Source of the DNA: Eledone cirrhosa | Taxonomy: Eukaryota | Reading direction: 5' to 3' | Assembly: GCA_964016885.1 (NCBI GenBank) | Contig: OZ024746.1 | Span: forward strand, 87,978,001 to 88,042,000 | DNA: 64,000 bases | In this document: positions 25,666 to 38,544 of the stretch, piece by piece | How positions within the stretch are numbered: the first letter of the stretch is position 1 | Layout of the letters: the number at the start of each line of letters is the position of its first letter | Notes under the pieces: model-generated | The model's input: the letters and a program-made list of their open reading frames with translations, nothing else | Database searches by the model: none | What the model was told of the DNA's origin: nothing | Program-made: the position numbers and the translations under genes

Positions 25666-26926
25666 CTAAATAATTTGTTAAATCATGAAATAATCTAAAA
25701 TTTATTTTATACAACATATTATTGATATAAACTAAACTCACAGAAGTACGTATAAAGTACGTATAAATGCAATTTTACATATAAATGTGCCGTCGGAAGT
25801 CCTGCTTCATTTACATAAACATAAACGTCGAATTCAATGACAGTATATGAAAACATCGAAGAACTAAATCTATTTATGAAGTTGATGTCGAATAAATAGC
25901 GAGAAATAAGCCGCTTCTGGCAAGCAAAACCTTTATTTGACGTTTACGAAGTTATCAGTTTCGTACGTAAACTATCAACCATAACATAACTTCTACGAAA
26001 CCTCCTACTAATGAAAGGCATGGAAAATAAACCCAGAACACTAGCAGTTCATTAGAAGAAAACTAGAACTATATAAGGGCTATACTAGAAACAAACTAGT
26101 AATGTAGAAGTAGTAAACTAGCTGTACACTAGAAGCACATTAAATATACAGTTTCTGACGCTGTTAAGTATGATAATTGTTATGAAATAGCAAATCATGC
26201 ATTACGCCTAGTTAATTAATCCTCTCACATTAAACCTACCACATAAAAGTTAGTACATTATATATATAATATATGAAACATACACATACCCCATAAACAC
26301 AACCAGATAAACACCTCGATAACACACACATACGCCATTAATAAGCATAAACATTTAAATATACCACTTTAACCATATTCGATATTGAACACAACGCTTG
26401 AAATATGTCACTTTAAATATCATAAAAAAACATAACTAATTAATCATTCTAATACAATTACACTACATTGAACATATCATATTAAATATGCCTCAATAAA
26501 TATAATTATTTATTTATTATATTAAACATGCTCCACTTAAAGCACAGTACACTAAGCACACATTGAACACAGTGCATTACATATACCGTGGAGGTACATG
26601 GAATTAAATAGAATATCCACATCATCGATCTCATTTTTCTTGGATGGATTGCTAAGTCTTTGGCACAAACACATTCACCAAACCCCCAAAATACAGCCCG
26701 TGCTTTGTACAAACGGAAAATACCAGTAAAGGTAAGAAATCTAGTCAGAGGTACAGAGGTCGGCTTTCCGTAAGGGGTGTGATCACTTTCTCTATCTACA
26801 AATGTATTTTACCAGATTTGTAAAACTATCATTTGTAGGAATTGACTGTGTTCACTGTTACTTATTTCGTTCAATATTTTCTAAATTATCTAATAATTAT
26901 CTATCTACATCTCTCTCTCTCTCTCA

Positions 26927-26980
<54 letters not shown>

Positions 26981-27089
26981 ATTTACATATACACAGACTA
27001 GACAAAGTCACAGATGTAGATGTTTTGGCAACCATTCACAATGTGGCTCAATGATGAATTAATAAATTAAATAATCAGACCAATATACT

Positions 27090-27635
27090 ATAAATATGTC
27101 CATAGAATCATTTGGTAATATATATACACTATTTCCTCTCCCAATTAGCATAATCATCCACACAAAAAATCAATTGAACCAGGCTATAAGATTAAAAGGC
27201 AACTATGAATAAATAGTATAACATTAAAGTTAGTAGAAAAAATTCATATACACATACCAGGATTAGGTATGTGTATCTGCATTTTTTCTTCTAACTTTAA
27301 TTTTATACCTAGTTGTGTATGGATAAAGGTATATCTAATCGATTTACAGGTGCTATTGAAATGTTGGGTAAATATTCTATAGCGGTTGATCGCCAATAAA
27401 TTGCTGTCGTTTATTGATCTACTATTTCTTCATAGGTACCTTTTAATTTTATAGCCTGGTTTAATTGATTTTTTGTGTGGTTGATTATGCTAATATGAGA
27501 GGAAATGGTGTATATATATTATCAAATGATTCTATGGACACACTTTATAGTATATATATATATACAAAAAAGTGTGTCCATAGATTCATTTGATAATATA
27601 TATACACCATTTCCTCTCCAATTAGCATAATCAAC

Positions 27636-27640
<5 letters not shown>
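27090..27640. repeat. Nested palindrome plus third inverted copy of a TA-embedded repeat
   Basis: 27097-27217 is inverted at 27420-27542; inner hairpin 27217-27307; a further copy at 27575-27640. Confidence 0.8.
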
Positions 27641-27715
<75 letters not shown>

Positions 27716-27848
27716 AATATATATATATATTTATATATATATACAAACAAGTGATGTCAACATGAATGGACCTGTGATATTTATCTAAAGACATTTTTTA
27801 CCAATTACAACCCACACGTCCCTTCAATCTATCTTATTTCTCATTCTT

Positions 27849-27884
27849 TCTTCTGATGAAGGACTGGCGTCCAAAACGTTAAGA
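27849..27884 (+). ncRNA. Minimal hammerhead-like motif (GAAA to AAAA)
   Basis: tctt-CTGATGA-aggac tggc gtcc-AAAA-cg-TT-aaga, immediately before (TA)n. Confidence 0.65.
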
Positions 27885-27895
27885 GACTCTTCCTG

Positions 27896-27951
<56 letters not shown>

Positions 27952-28097
27952 TAAAATAACAGATTAAAGTTATATATATATATCCTTTCCATATACTGTA
28001 CCGATTGTGTTGTAATTTCTGTTTTAACATTTTATATATATACATATATATATATAGACATATATATATATACATATATATATTCATATATATAGAC

Positions 28098-28164
<67 letters not shown>

Positions 28165-28339
28165 GATATATAGATATAGATATAGATATAAATATGTGTG
28201 TGTGTGTGTGTGTATGCGTGTGTCTGTGCGTGTGTCTGTGTGTGTGTGTGTGTATGTGTATGTATATATCCGAGTTTTAACGATGTGCATGTGAATGAAT
28301 AGTCAATACCGAAGTATAGTTTAAATATATAAGTGTGTA

Positions 28340-29115
28340 TTCTGAGGCGTGTTAACTGTGCACTCCGAGGATTAGCAGACAAAACTAAATTTCCAATAAC
28401 ATTAACATAATCAATGACCAGACCCACCATCAAAAGCATCATTATTCTGTTAGAAGCAGATAACTACTGGATCGTTCCTTTTGCTTCCCTCAATCCACTC
28501 TCATCCTCATCACCATCATCATCATCTCCTTATGCAACTTGTTATGATTTCTTCTCAACATTGCACCCACCACCTCCCCCTCTTCTTTATCCTCCTTATT
28601 TTATTGCGTCCCTTCTCTTTAATCCCCTTTTTTTCTTATTTCTGTTTGCTTACCTCTTCATTTGTCTGTTCTCTCCTTTTCTCTTTGTTCTTCTTTTCAC
28701 TCTCTTCTTTTTCCCCGAGTACTTTTTTTTTCTTTTTGTTTCTTTTTCCTTTTCATTTTATTTCCTCTTCTCTTTCATTTCCCCTTTGTCTTCCTGTCTA
28801 TATTGCCTGCCCCCATTTCTCGTCACCCTTTGTAACTTTCTCCATCAGCCCTTTGTATCCGCCCTTTATCATATCGTTGTTTTTATATCCTTTCACATCC
28901 TCCATTCTCTCCTTTTTAATATTCTCCATATTACAGTATGCCCTCCTCTAATAGCCACTCTCCACACATGTGTAGTCAAAAACATCGATTCTACAATGCA
29001 ACTCTTCCCCTGTGTATACTGCTTCTCTTTCTTAAAAAAAGTATTATTGTGTGTTGATCCTCTACTTGCTCAGGTGAAACTCCAGAGTAACGGGACTCAC
29101 CATTAATGTATCATA
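28340..29115 (+). mobile_element. Possible PLE EN C-terminus and pyrimidine-rich 3' UTR
   Basis: LLEADNYWIVPFASLNP resembles the PLE motif E..WI..L.TL.P; low-complexity UTR ending at TA. Confidence 0.35.
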
Positions 29116-29119
29116 TATA

Positions 29120-29275
29120 TATAGTAACATGTGCTTCCGCCGTATTTGACAAAATAGTATTTAGTCAGTTAGTTAGGATTTTAAAAAAATCTCCGATTGG
29201 AAAAAAGTATGGGACACGAAGCCTTCATTTTTGGTTTGCCGGTCAAATGTGTTACCATAACACCAACACACCACC
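29120..29275 (-). mobile_element. tRNA-like element (second family), copy 1
   Basis: - strand TGGTGTTATGGTAACAC…CCGGCAAACCAA…GCTTCGTGTCCCATAC-TTTTTT…TACGGCGGAAGCACA. Confidence 0.7.
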
Positions 29276-29315
29276 AACGATTTCATCCATTCAATTAGAA
29301 GTTTTATAACCATAG

Positions 29316-29372
<57 letters not shown>

Positions 29373-29666
29373 ACACACAGTTCAAGAGTAACCAATCTTA
29401 AAGAGAGAGATGGAGATAGGAGAGGAGATAGGAAAGGAATGATTGGTGAATTAGTTAGAAGCCTAAGCGTAAAGGCATGTGCTTAATGTGCAATATGCAG
29501 TAGAAAGCAGCTAGGTGGCTGGGTTCTGGCAGAAGATAGGCGCGCAGAGCTGGAAATATTCATTAGTTAAGCAAAACACGACCACAAAATTCACAAGGAA
29601 GACATTATTAACACATTGTGAACATATTTTAGTTTGATGTCAGGAATGTAGAGAATAATAATAATA

Positions 29667-30098
29667 ATTCTTTCTACTTTAGGCACAAGGCCAGAAATTA
29701 CCCAGTGCATTACTGGTACTTTATTTTATCGACCCCGTAAGGATGAAAGGCAAAGTCAACCTCGGCAGGATTTGAACTCAGATCGTAAAGGGACGTAACT
29801 ATGCTGGAAAGCATGGCGTCCGACTCTCCACCGATACTGCCAATCCACCATAATAATAATATTAATAATAAGTGTTTCTAGTTTTGGCACAAGGCCAGCA
29901 ATATTAATAATAATAATTGTTTCTACGTTAGGCACAAGGCCAGCAAATTACCCAGTGCATTACTGGTACTTTATTTTATCGACCCCGTAAGGATTAAAGG
30001 CAAAGTCAACCTCGGCGGGATTTGAACTCAGATCGTAAAGGGACGTAACTATGCTGGAAAGCATGGCGTCCGACCCTCTACCGATACTGCCAATCCAC
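29667..30098 (-). mobile_element. Tandem SINE cluster in (TAA)n: two full copies and a tail fragment
   Basis: Copies at 29667-29850 and 29915-30098 nearly identical to consensus; fragment at 29874-29902. Confidence 0.92.
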
Positions 30099-30282
30099 AC
30101 CCTATATTAATAATAATAATGTCCATTTACAATTGTTCCGCTACTCCATATAATATTTCTGGATCAAATGACTATATATCATTATTGATCTGGTTCAGTT
30201 GAAAATAATTAACTTATTTAAACACAGAGCGGCTCATCGGAACTTCAAAGGAATATAAATTAAGATAAGAACAGTATGTTAC

Positions 30283-30331
<49 letters not shown>

Positions 30332-30636
30332 TGGGAGACAAAAAGCATGCTTCATTTTACAAAGGGCTAGCGAATTTGAAAATTAGGTAGTAACATGGTT
30401 TTATAGCTTATAATTGAGTGGAAAGAAGCATGGATGGCGTATTGATGTAATGATAACACAATCTTCCGGCAAACCAAAGATGTGGGTTCGTGTCACACGT
30501 ACGTCAATACGCATCCCTTTTTCCATTGGCATGCTGTTTCTTTTTAATCCCAACTAACGGACTAATTATATTTAGTCAAATACCTAATTTACCAATCGCA
30601 AGCCGTTTGTAAACAGAGCCTGTTTTGTGTCTCCCT
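30332..30636 (+). mobile_element. tRNA-like element copy 2 enclosed by ~58-bp inverted repeats
   Basis: Cloverleaf-like 30436-30506 (ggcgtat/gtacgtc acceptor, GGTTCG T-loop), then TTTTT; GGGAGACA…AATTAGGTA is inverted as TACCTAATT…TGTCTCCC. Confidence 0.7.
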
Positions 30637-30723
30637 ATTTATATACATACATATGTATCTCTGTGTTTGTGTATATGTGTATGTATATCAGTACATATAT
30701 GTGTATGTATATATATATATATG

Positions 30724-30770
<47 letters not shown>

Positions 30771-31109
30771 GATGAAACGATATTTGAGATTGGAGTTAAT
30801 GATCATTATAAATATCCTTTATAAATGCCACTGATCCCTGGAATGATTGGATATAACAAGTAAAAATACGACTAGAAACAGAAACACATTTTGAATTAAT
30901 CCTATCAGAAAGGAAAGCATTGTGGGTAACTGGTCTTAATTTACGATTAATGATACTATCTAGATGCTCGAACGAATTTGCTAATTACTTGCTACCTTCA
31001 CACACACACACACGCATACACACACACATACACACACACACACATCCACACACACACACACACATACACATACTTACACACACACAAACAGCGAATAATT
31101 AGAAAATTA

Positions 31110-31437
31110 TATAGTGAAATTGTGCTTCCGTCGTATTTTTTCTAAGTAATTTAGTATAATAGATGGAGTTATAAAAACACAGAGAATGGAAAAACGGGAT
31201 GAGAATTGCCGTATATGGGACACGAACACACATCTTTGGCTATCATGACTACTGTGCTAATTATTACACCAATACGTCATATTGGTGTAATGGTTAGCAA
31301 AGTAGTCATGATAGCCAGAGTCGTTTGCTCGTGTCCCATGAACGTCAACGCTCATCCTATTTTTCCATTACGTGGTTTTTTATAACTCCAAATATTAGGC
31401 CAATTTACTTAGTTAAAAATACGACGGAAGTACTATT

Positions 31438-31445
<8 letters not shown>
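31110..31445. mobile_element. Head-to-head palindrome of the tRNA-like element
   Basis: Centre ~31277; right arm starts TATTGGTGTAATGGTTAGCA (tRNA-Gln-like D arm); ends ATAGTGAAAT and ATTTCACTAT in TA context. Confidence 0.8.
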
Positions 31446-31484
<39 letters not shown>

Positions 31485-31492
31485 TATACATG

Positions 31493-31525
<33 letters not shown>

Positions 31526-31646
31526 ATGTGTGTGAATGTGTGTGTATTTGTGCATGCGTATGAATTCGTTTATGAGAGATCAACGAAATCAGTGCTCAAC
31601 CTGTTGCTAGAGAGCTTATTTAGTATAAACAAAGTTCCATAAACAT

Positions 31647-31682
<36 letters not shown>

Positions 31683-32227
31683 ACCATTCACACAACGGTA
31701 AAGAACTCGTCCGGAATTTATAATCAATTAATATCAAAGCGACACTGCTACGATATTGTATACAGTAGTGTATATTTTCATTTATGTTGATTTTAGAATC
31801 TGCATAGATTTCGAACAAAAATATTATCGCATTTAAAATATCCCTTTAATGTCGGGCACGACTTCATTATTCATTGTACATCCTTCAATCATATAACACT
31901 AATATATCGAGATTTGTTTCAGTAATGTTAAACGCTTCCCGGACGAAAAGTAAGAGAAAAATATTACAATACTTATTAAATATGAACATAAAACGTGAAT
32001 ACTATGTTCTCTGCAAAACCAACACGTCAGTTGTTAGATGGTATTTCAATTTGTTTTAAACAATAATATCTATTAATTCCCATATGGCAGTTATTCATCA
32101 AAACCTATTATTTGTTACGTTAAAGGCCAACCCAAAAATAAAATAAAATCTTTCATTACTATTTATTTTTCTATCGCAATAATTCATTGCCTTAGAAATG
32201 TGTCAAATGTCTCAAGATACTATCTAC

Positions 32228-32375
32228 AATAATGATAATATTAACGCTGATAATGCTGATAAGGGTGATGATCATTTTGGAGAAGGTGGGAATGATGTTA
32301 TTGAAGATAATGATTACGATCATGATAATTCTGCTGATGATGATAACGATAAGTATGATGATAATGATGATGATA

Positions 32376-32406
<31 letters not shown>

Positions 32407-32450
32407 CGATGATAATGATAATCAATAATAATAAAACAACAATAATACAT
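32228..32450 (+). repeat. Degenerate (GAT/AAT)n trinucleotide repeat
   Basis: Visible directly; source of the poly-D, poly-I and poly-H ORFs. Confidence 0.9.
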
Positions 32451-33274
32451 AAATAAGTAAATGAATACAGCAACAAAGAACAACAATTTATAATGAAATA
32501 TATATAATTTAATTTTTTCAGCAAATAAAATGCAGACAAATAAACATTTAAATATTACAGAAAAGCGAATAAAACTCAACAAATAAAATACGTTTGATTA
32601 ATGTTTTAATACTGCAGCCAACATGAAAACAGTGAAGAAATATATGCATTAAATCAGAATTTCCTGCAATGAACTTCTGTAAATTATATAAAGCAACTGA
32701 TTGCTTTTATTCATCATTTTTTTTTAAATTCTACATTTCAGTAATAAAATATATCAGACATTTTGATGAAAACTATTGAACTGACATTTATTTATTTATT
32801 GTAAAAATTATGTTAAAATCTTAGTTACCAATAAGGCTTTGTGTACGAAAGCAGAAAAATAAAGTATTTTGTCATCACCGCATCGCACAGTTGCGGTAGG
32901 TTTTCTTGATTAGAAAAATTCATTTTTGATCAGGCTTACATGTTCCATTCCTCTTATTAAGGTCAGTTTAGTATGAGGTTAATTTGATACTATATTTACA
33001 AACATTGTGTCGATAATGGGAAGAGACATGCAGGGCATTCTGTGTGAACGTTGTAGAGGGCAATAGCATTACTCTACAACGAATAGAACCATGACAATGA
33101 ATGGAAATGAATATAAATTACACTACATTCGCTGAAATTTCACCCCTCTCCTTGTAAACATTCGTCAGATTGAGTTCAATTTGATGTTGAATATTATCAA
33201 CATTCACTAGGGAGTGGCTTACCCATAAAGATCTCCGAAACGTAATTTATTACATCTGATAAAAAGAATGCCAA

Positions 33275-33920
33275 TCTCCAACTCACAATCTACAACCAGC
33301 AAATTGCTCAAGTTGCGGAGTTTGTATATCTCGGTAACAAACTATTATCAAACAACAATGGAATGGTTACTGCGCAATGTCGAATCGCTCCAGGTTGGAC
33401 AGCTTCCAACAAGAACAAGGAAGTACTTACATCAAAATGAGTTTCCTATCGTTTGAAGGTTAAGATCTTTGATACTTACATCCTACCAGTTGTGTTATAT
33501 GGCCTTCACTGTGTTAATTGGGCGACAAGATCACTTCAGAAGCTCTTTACATTCCAGCACCACATGATGAGACTTATTACTGGCAAGCGGCTCAGCGACC
33601 GTACCTGTGTCAGTGAGTTGCTCAACGTTACCAAACTTAGACCAATTTCATCAATTGTCAAGTCAAGATTACTCAAACTATTCGGTTATATAAAACGATA
33701 AACTCGTGATGTGAGTAGGTTATGCCTGGAAAGATGGTTGGCTGGTAAGAGAAGGAGAGGCCGGCATCCAAAACGATGGTTTGACAATGTCAATTTATGG
33801 ACTGGACTTGATACTTGCTCTTTGCATTCTGCTGCTGATGATCGAACCTTGTGGGGTGAGATATCAGATGTTAATGCGCTGTCTTCAACTGGCGGAGTTT
33901 AGTGTCTCAAGAATCATCTA
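33275..33920 (+). mobile_element. RTE LINE 3' fragment (RT C-terminal region)
   Basis: VAEFVYLG…KVKIFDTYILPVVLYG…RLLKLFGYIKR…GKRRRGRHPKRWFDNV…ADDRTLW. Confidence 0.88.
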
Positions 33921-36717
33921 GTAATAACCACCAGGCATATATCGTTTTACACTCGTGCTTCGTCTATGCTGATGGTGCTACGCACTACATTTTAATTAAC
34001 ATCCGACATATGTTTTTGTCAATTATCGCCATTATATACCATTCTCACTCGATATCTGATAACATCTTTTTATTTTATTTGATCCAACATTCTTTTTGAT
34101 TTTTGTGGTAAGAGTATTGTTGTCTTTGCCACTCTGACGATTCATTCACCTACCGGTGTTGTTTCTACTAATTCTCAGTCATCAAATATGTAAATTTCAT
34201 ACTGAAAACTTATCAATCTAATGCATAGAAATCTTAAATTCATAATAATTCTTGATTTTTGCAAACTTACCATAGTCATTGTACTGACAATGAAGCTGAA
34301 TATTGAGCTTCCAATTTCGTATTTGTCATCAAAATAAATACATACAAAATTTATTTAATAAAATTCACACTTCAGAACTATGTCTTCAAAAAGTATTGTA
34401 TCTTGACAGATTGACAAATTAACCAATACAATGTACTAATGATCCTCGCGTGATGCAACTTGCCCATAGTTTTCAGGTAAGCTAAACAATATGGATTATA
34501 CTACTGTTTAGCTGATAAACATTGGGAAACATATACGATTCACTGCTAAGTCACTGATGTTATGTTTCGTTACGAAAATAATACTTATAAAGCTAATCCA
34601 TTAACTAATTAATGCATAAATGCTGTTGAGCATTGATGATAAACAGGGTTTTCCAGCATACACATATTCAACTACCGTGACATAACTGATGATATTTTCC
34701 CCTACGCTGAAACTATTTAAATACACTTATTTGAAAATCAGGTTATGTATTTTTATAAAACATTGACAGAGATAAAAGGGTAAACAATGCAAAATGGACT
34801 GTAAGGTGAGGTAACGAAAAGTAAAAGTAAGTTACCTGGTAATCTCTGTTTTTCCTTTGTTGTTGTTGTTGTTGTTGTTGATCTTTTATCTGCACAATGT
34901 TTCGGGACATAAAAGTCCCTTCTTCAAGGTTTAAGGAACTTTCAGTCGATAATCTTCCAATTTCCTCTCTTTGGGAATAAATGTTTTTGTAAGTTTATGT
35001 ATTTTTGTATTTCCCAACCATCTCTAAATTTGCAACCAGTAATTTTGGTAATTTACTTGCAATGTATATCCACTAGATTTGTACTTAAAATAAGTTTATT
35101 CGATACATATTGCCAGGGGAAGCACGAACATTTCCGACATAGTTTTTCTCACTATGTTTTATTTATATATACCCTCTTTACAACAAAGTACTCAAAAGTG
35201 CCAGTCGTTCTCAGCCAGTAATACCAGATGCAACCAAACATTATTATTTCATTATTCTGAAAATATGTACATCCCAAATTATGTGTGTGTGTAGATATGG
35301 TTTTATGCGAAATAATATCACGTCAAAAATGTATGGGTTTACATACTATATCTCTGCACGCCAAAGTGGTTAGATATATTATGCCTCAGCTTCAGATCGA
35401 CCAAATTCTAAGTGAATTTTAGCTGAGATCAAATCTATGATACATATGTTTGGGTGGGACTGCATATCCGACAAGTATATCCCAATTTGATTTCCGAATG
35501 CATTTAACGGATTTCACGCTATTTAATGAAGTGGGCCAATATTCAGATCGGATGGTAACTATCTCGCTTTCACCAGCAAATTGTTCGTATGCCAGGCTTC
35601 AATAGTTCCTCGATATGGTGGAATGTCATAGATTTGATATCAGTGATTTCTTTGGCTGTGTTCGACAAGGAAATGTTCTATGTATGCTAAATATCTATAA
35701 TATTCATATCACATCCATTTCTTGGATCGTACTTTTAATCTATTACCATTGATCTTGTTCTTTTGATGCTCGTTGAACAGCTCTCACTGTATTTTGTTCT
35801 GTTTTTCTGCATTTTATCGACTTGTCCTTTAACACCACATCAATCTATGCATTCAAAATCTTTCTTAACTTTTCCATGAATTTCCCTATTCAAAGCTATA
35901 TCCTGTGTGTCTTAGTTATCTAAAGACCAATCAGCACAGTTTCCCTAAAGGACAAATTCGAAAGCGTTTACAATGGACCAAAAACATTATAAATTACTAC
36001 AACGGCCCAAACGAACCATCACTGTACATATGAAGGTAATAGAAAGCTACTCCAAGCTTGTTTTAAACACATATTAATTGAACACAAAATATTCGATTGA
36101 ATAAAAATGTACATATACTATATGTTCTAATCGACTGAACAGTGAACGTGTTAAATATTTATCCGATTTACAACAAGCATCAATCAAATAAAATGTATCT
36201 GTTTTACGTAAAGAGCAAACACGTTAAACAACCAAGTCAGAGGGGCACACTTTCAAAATGGATAACACTTGATATTCAAAGTATAATACTTTTAAACATA
36301 CGTCTGTTTAATGAGGGAAATACCCTTGATAACTTAATACTGCACTCTTTCCTTAAACAGTGACAGGTATTGCATGCATCTTTTTCCAGAAGCTATGGGA
36401 ATTAATATGTCATGTGATCCTAGCCCTAGTTCAAATTTAATCCTGTTCAAATACCAACAGCTTGCAGATTTTTCAAAAAAGTGTAGAAAGTAAATGTTAT
36501 ATAAATCATGTTCTACATGTCTACATAAATATTACTTGGTCTTTTGTAATTTTTCAGTCTACGAACCGTTTAAACGTAATGAATAACGACACGATTTCGT
36601 TTAACCTGACACAGAACATAGAAAGCATGAAATTGTAAATAAATAATAAGTAAAGAATATTTTAAGTAAATATGAAATATATATATATATATATATATGT
36701 ATATACATATACATATA

Positions 36718-36799
<82 letters not shown>

Positions 36800-37212
36800 A
36801 AGAGAGAGTGAGAGAAAGCGAAAGAGAGAGAAATAGTAAGATAGTATAGTAGATAGATAGATAGATCTATAAATATATGTATTTATATATGTGCGTGTAT
36901 AGTATATATAATATACTATATATATTTATTTTAAAGATTCATGACGAGCAGCATCCTATTTAATTGACAATTGACTTCACTCTGTCACGACTTTTTAAAA
37001 TTAATAAATAAATACTAATTTTCCGCGATATTTATAATTTAAATATTTTAGTCGGCAATGAATGCCTTAACACCTTCATACACACAACCATACACAATGA
37101 TAAAACATCACACACCCACACCTGCGGATCTCCCTATCTCCTCACTATCTTCCTCGGTATTTCTCTCTTAATCAGTTTCTGTCTCTCTCTGCCTGTCTCT
37201 CTCTCTAGCTCT

Positions 37213-37305
<93 letters not shown>

Positions 37306-37306
37306 C

Positions 37307-37357
<51 letters not shown>

Positions 37358-37359
<2 letters not shown>

Positions 37360-37580
37360 AAAGTTATATTTAAAATTGTTGGGTTACAACTAGTAAATAT
37401 TTATAACTGGTATAAAAGCACTCGACAAATATTTGGAGTATATTTATTTCATTATATATATATTTCGGGGATATCATATTTTGTCTGATGAAGGCATAGC
37501 ATATTGTTAATATGATATCCCCGAAATATATATAATGAAATAAATATGGTTTTATAAATATAGTTTTCCATTTATTTAAT

Positions 37581-37585
<5 letters not shown>
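37358..37585. mobile_element. Head-to-head PLE terminus with HHR
   Basis: 37441-37480 is inverted at 37508-37546; HHR 37481-37538 ttgt-CTGATGA-aggcatagcatatt gtt aatatgatatcccc-GAAA-tatata-TA-atga; tail shared with 50852-50925. Confidence 0.75.
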
Positions 37586-37618
<33 letters not shown>

Positions 37619-37620
<2 letters not shown>

Positions 37621-38511
37621 AGAAGTGTGTCAGAAAAGTTCCAGGACTGTTGTCACAAAAGATTTATTTCAAACCCAAACTTCACACATGAGTTTTCTCA
37701 TTCAAAGTAATCCCCCTGCACTTTTCCAATGCACTTTTCCATCCTTTTCTGCCACGCTTGCATGCACTCCTGGAAGGATTGTTCCTGGATCCTCCGCAGT
37801 TCAGTCGTCACGGTCTTTTTGATGTCGTCCACGTCTTCAAAGCACCCCCCTCCCCCGGGTCGTACTCGAAGATCCATGATTCATCACCAGTTATGACTGT
37901 CCCTAGCAAGTCTGTTTCGATTTCAAGACACTCCAGGATGTCCTAGCACACTGGCTTGCGTCGACCCTTCTGGTCATCTTTCAGCAGTTTTGGCACCAAT
38001 TTCGCGCAGACTTTCCCCATGTCCAAATCTTCAGTGAGAATCTTCGAGACGCTGCCCCGATTGAAGCCCAGCTCATTTGTCATCAGTCGAACAGTCAGCA
38101 GACGATCACTACGCGCCATCTGCCTGACGCGCTCAACGTTGACCTCAGTCCTCGTTGTTGAGGGCCTTCCGCTCCTGGGGTCATCTTGCACCACTCAAAA
38201 AAACACGTGAGCGTGACATCGTCTCATCTCTATACACTTGCAGCAGCAATCCCAGTTCTTCTGACGGAGTTTTCCCCAACCGTACCAGAAACTTCAAGTT
38301 TGTTTCATGCTCTGTGCTCATTACTTGACGACCCTAAACAGAGGACATGTATATAAAATTATGAAGAAATATGTTTGATCGCTGCAGAGAGCTAAGATTA
38401 CAGTTACATACTAAAGGGGGATTACTTTGAAGAAGAAAACTCTTATGTTAAGTTTGGGTTGAAAATAAATCTTTTGTGACATCAGTCCTGGAACTTTTCT
38501 GACAAACCTCG
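37619..38511 (-). mobile_element. Mariner (Tc1/mariner) transposon, internally deleted
   Basis: ~60-bp TIRs (…GTCAGAAAAGTTCCAGGACTG…), TA flanks; transposase NLKFLVRLGKTPSE…DDPRSGRPST…VCAKLVPKLL…ITGDESWIFEYDP joined directly to the C-terminus …WQKRMEKCI…GDYFE. Confidence 0.92.
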
Positions 38512-38544
38512 TATATATATATATATATATATGTATAATATAAA

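Noticed and set aside
26035-26140. Recurring ACTAG motif resembling a CRISPR or iteron array
   Set aside because: Irregular short spacing in a eukaryotic context; a degenerate minisatellite.
26640-26740. Possible exon ending at AAG|GTAAGA
   Set aside because: A lone donor-like site with no supporting acceptor, ORF similarity or partner exons.
28414-29106. 230-aa F/L/S-rich ORF that looks like a membrane protein
   Set aside because: It comes from a pyrimidine-rich low-complexity tract with no family motifs; more likely an element 3' UTR.
30436-30506. Functional tRNA gene
   Set aside because: The anticodon stem does not pair, the T-loop is non-canonical (TTCGTGT) and copies are diverged; treated as a tRNA-derived repeat.
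32192-32582. Poly-Asp, poly-Ile and poly-His ORFs
   Set aside because: A (GAT)n trinucleotide repeat open in several frames.
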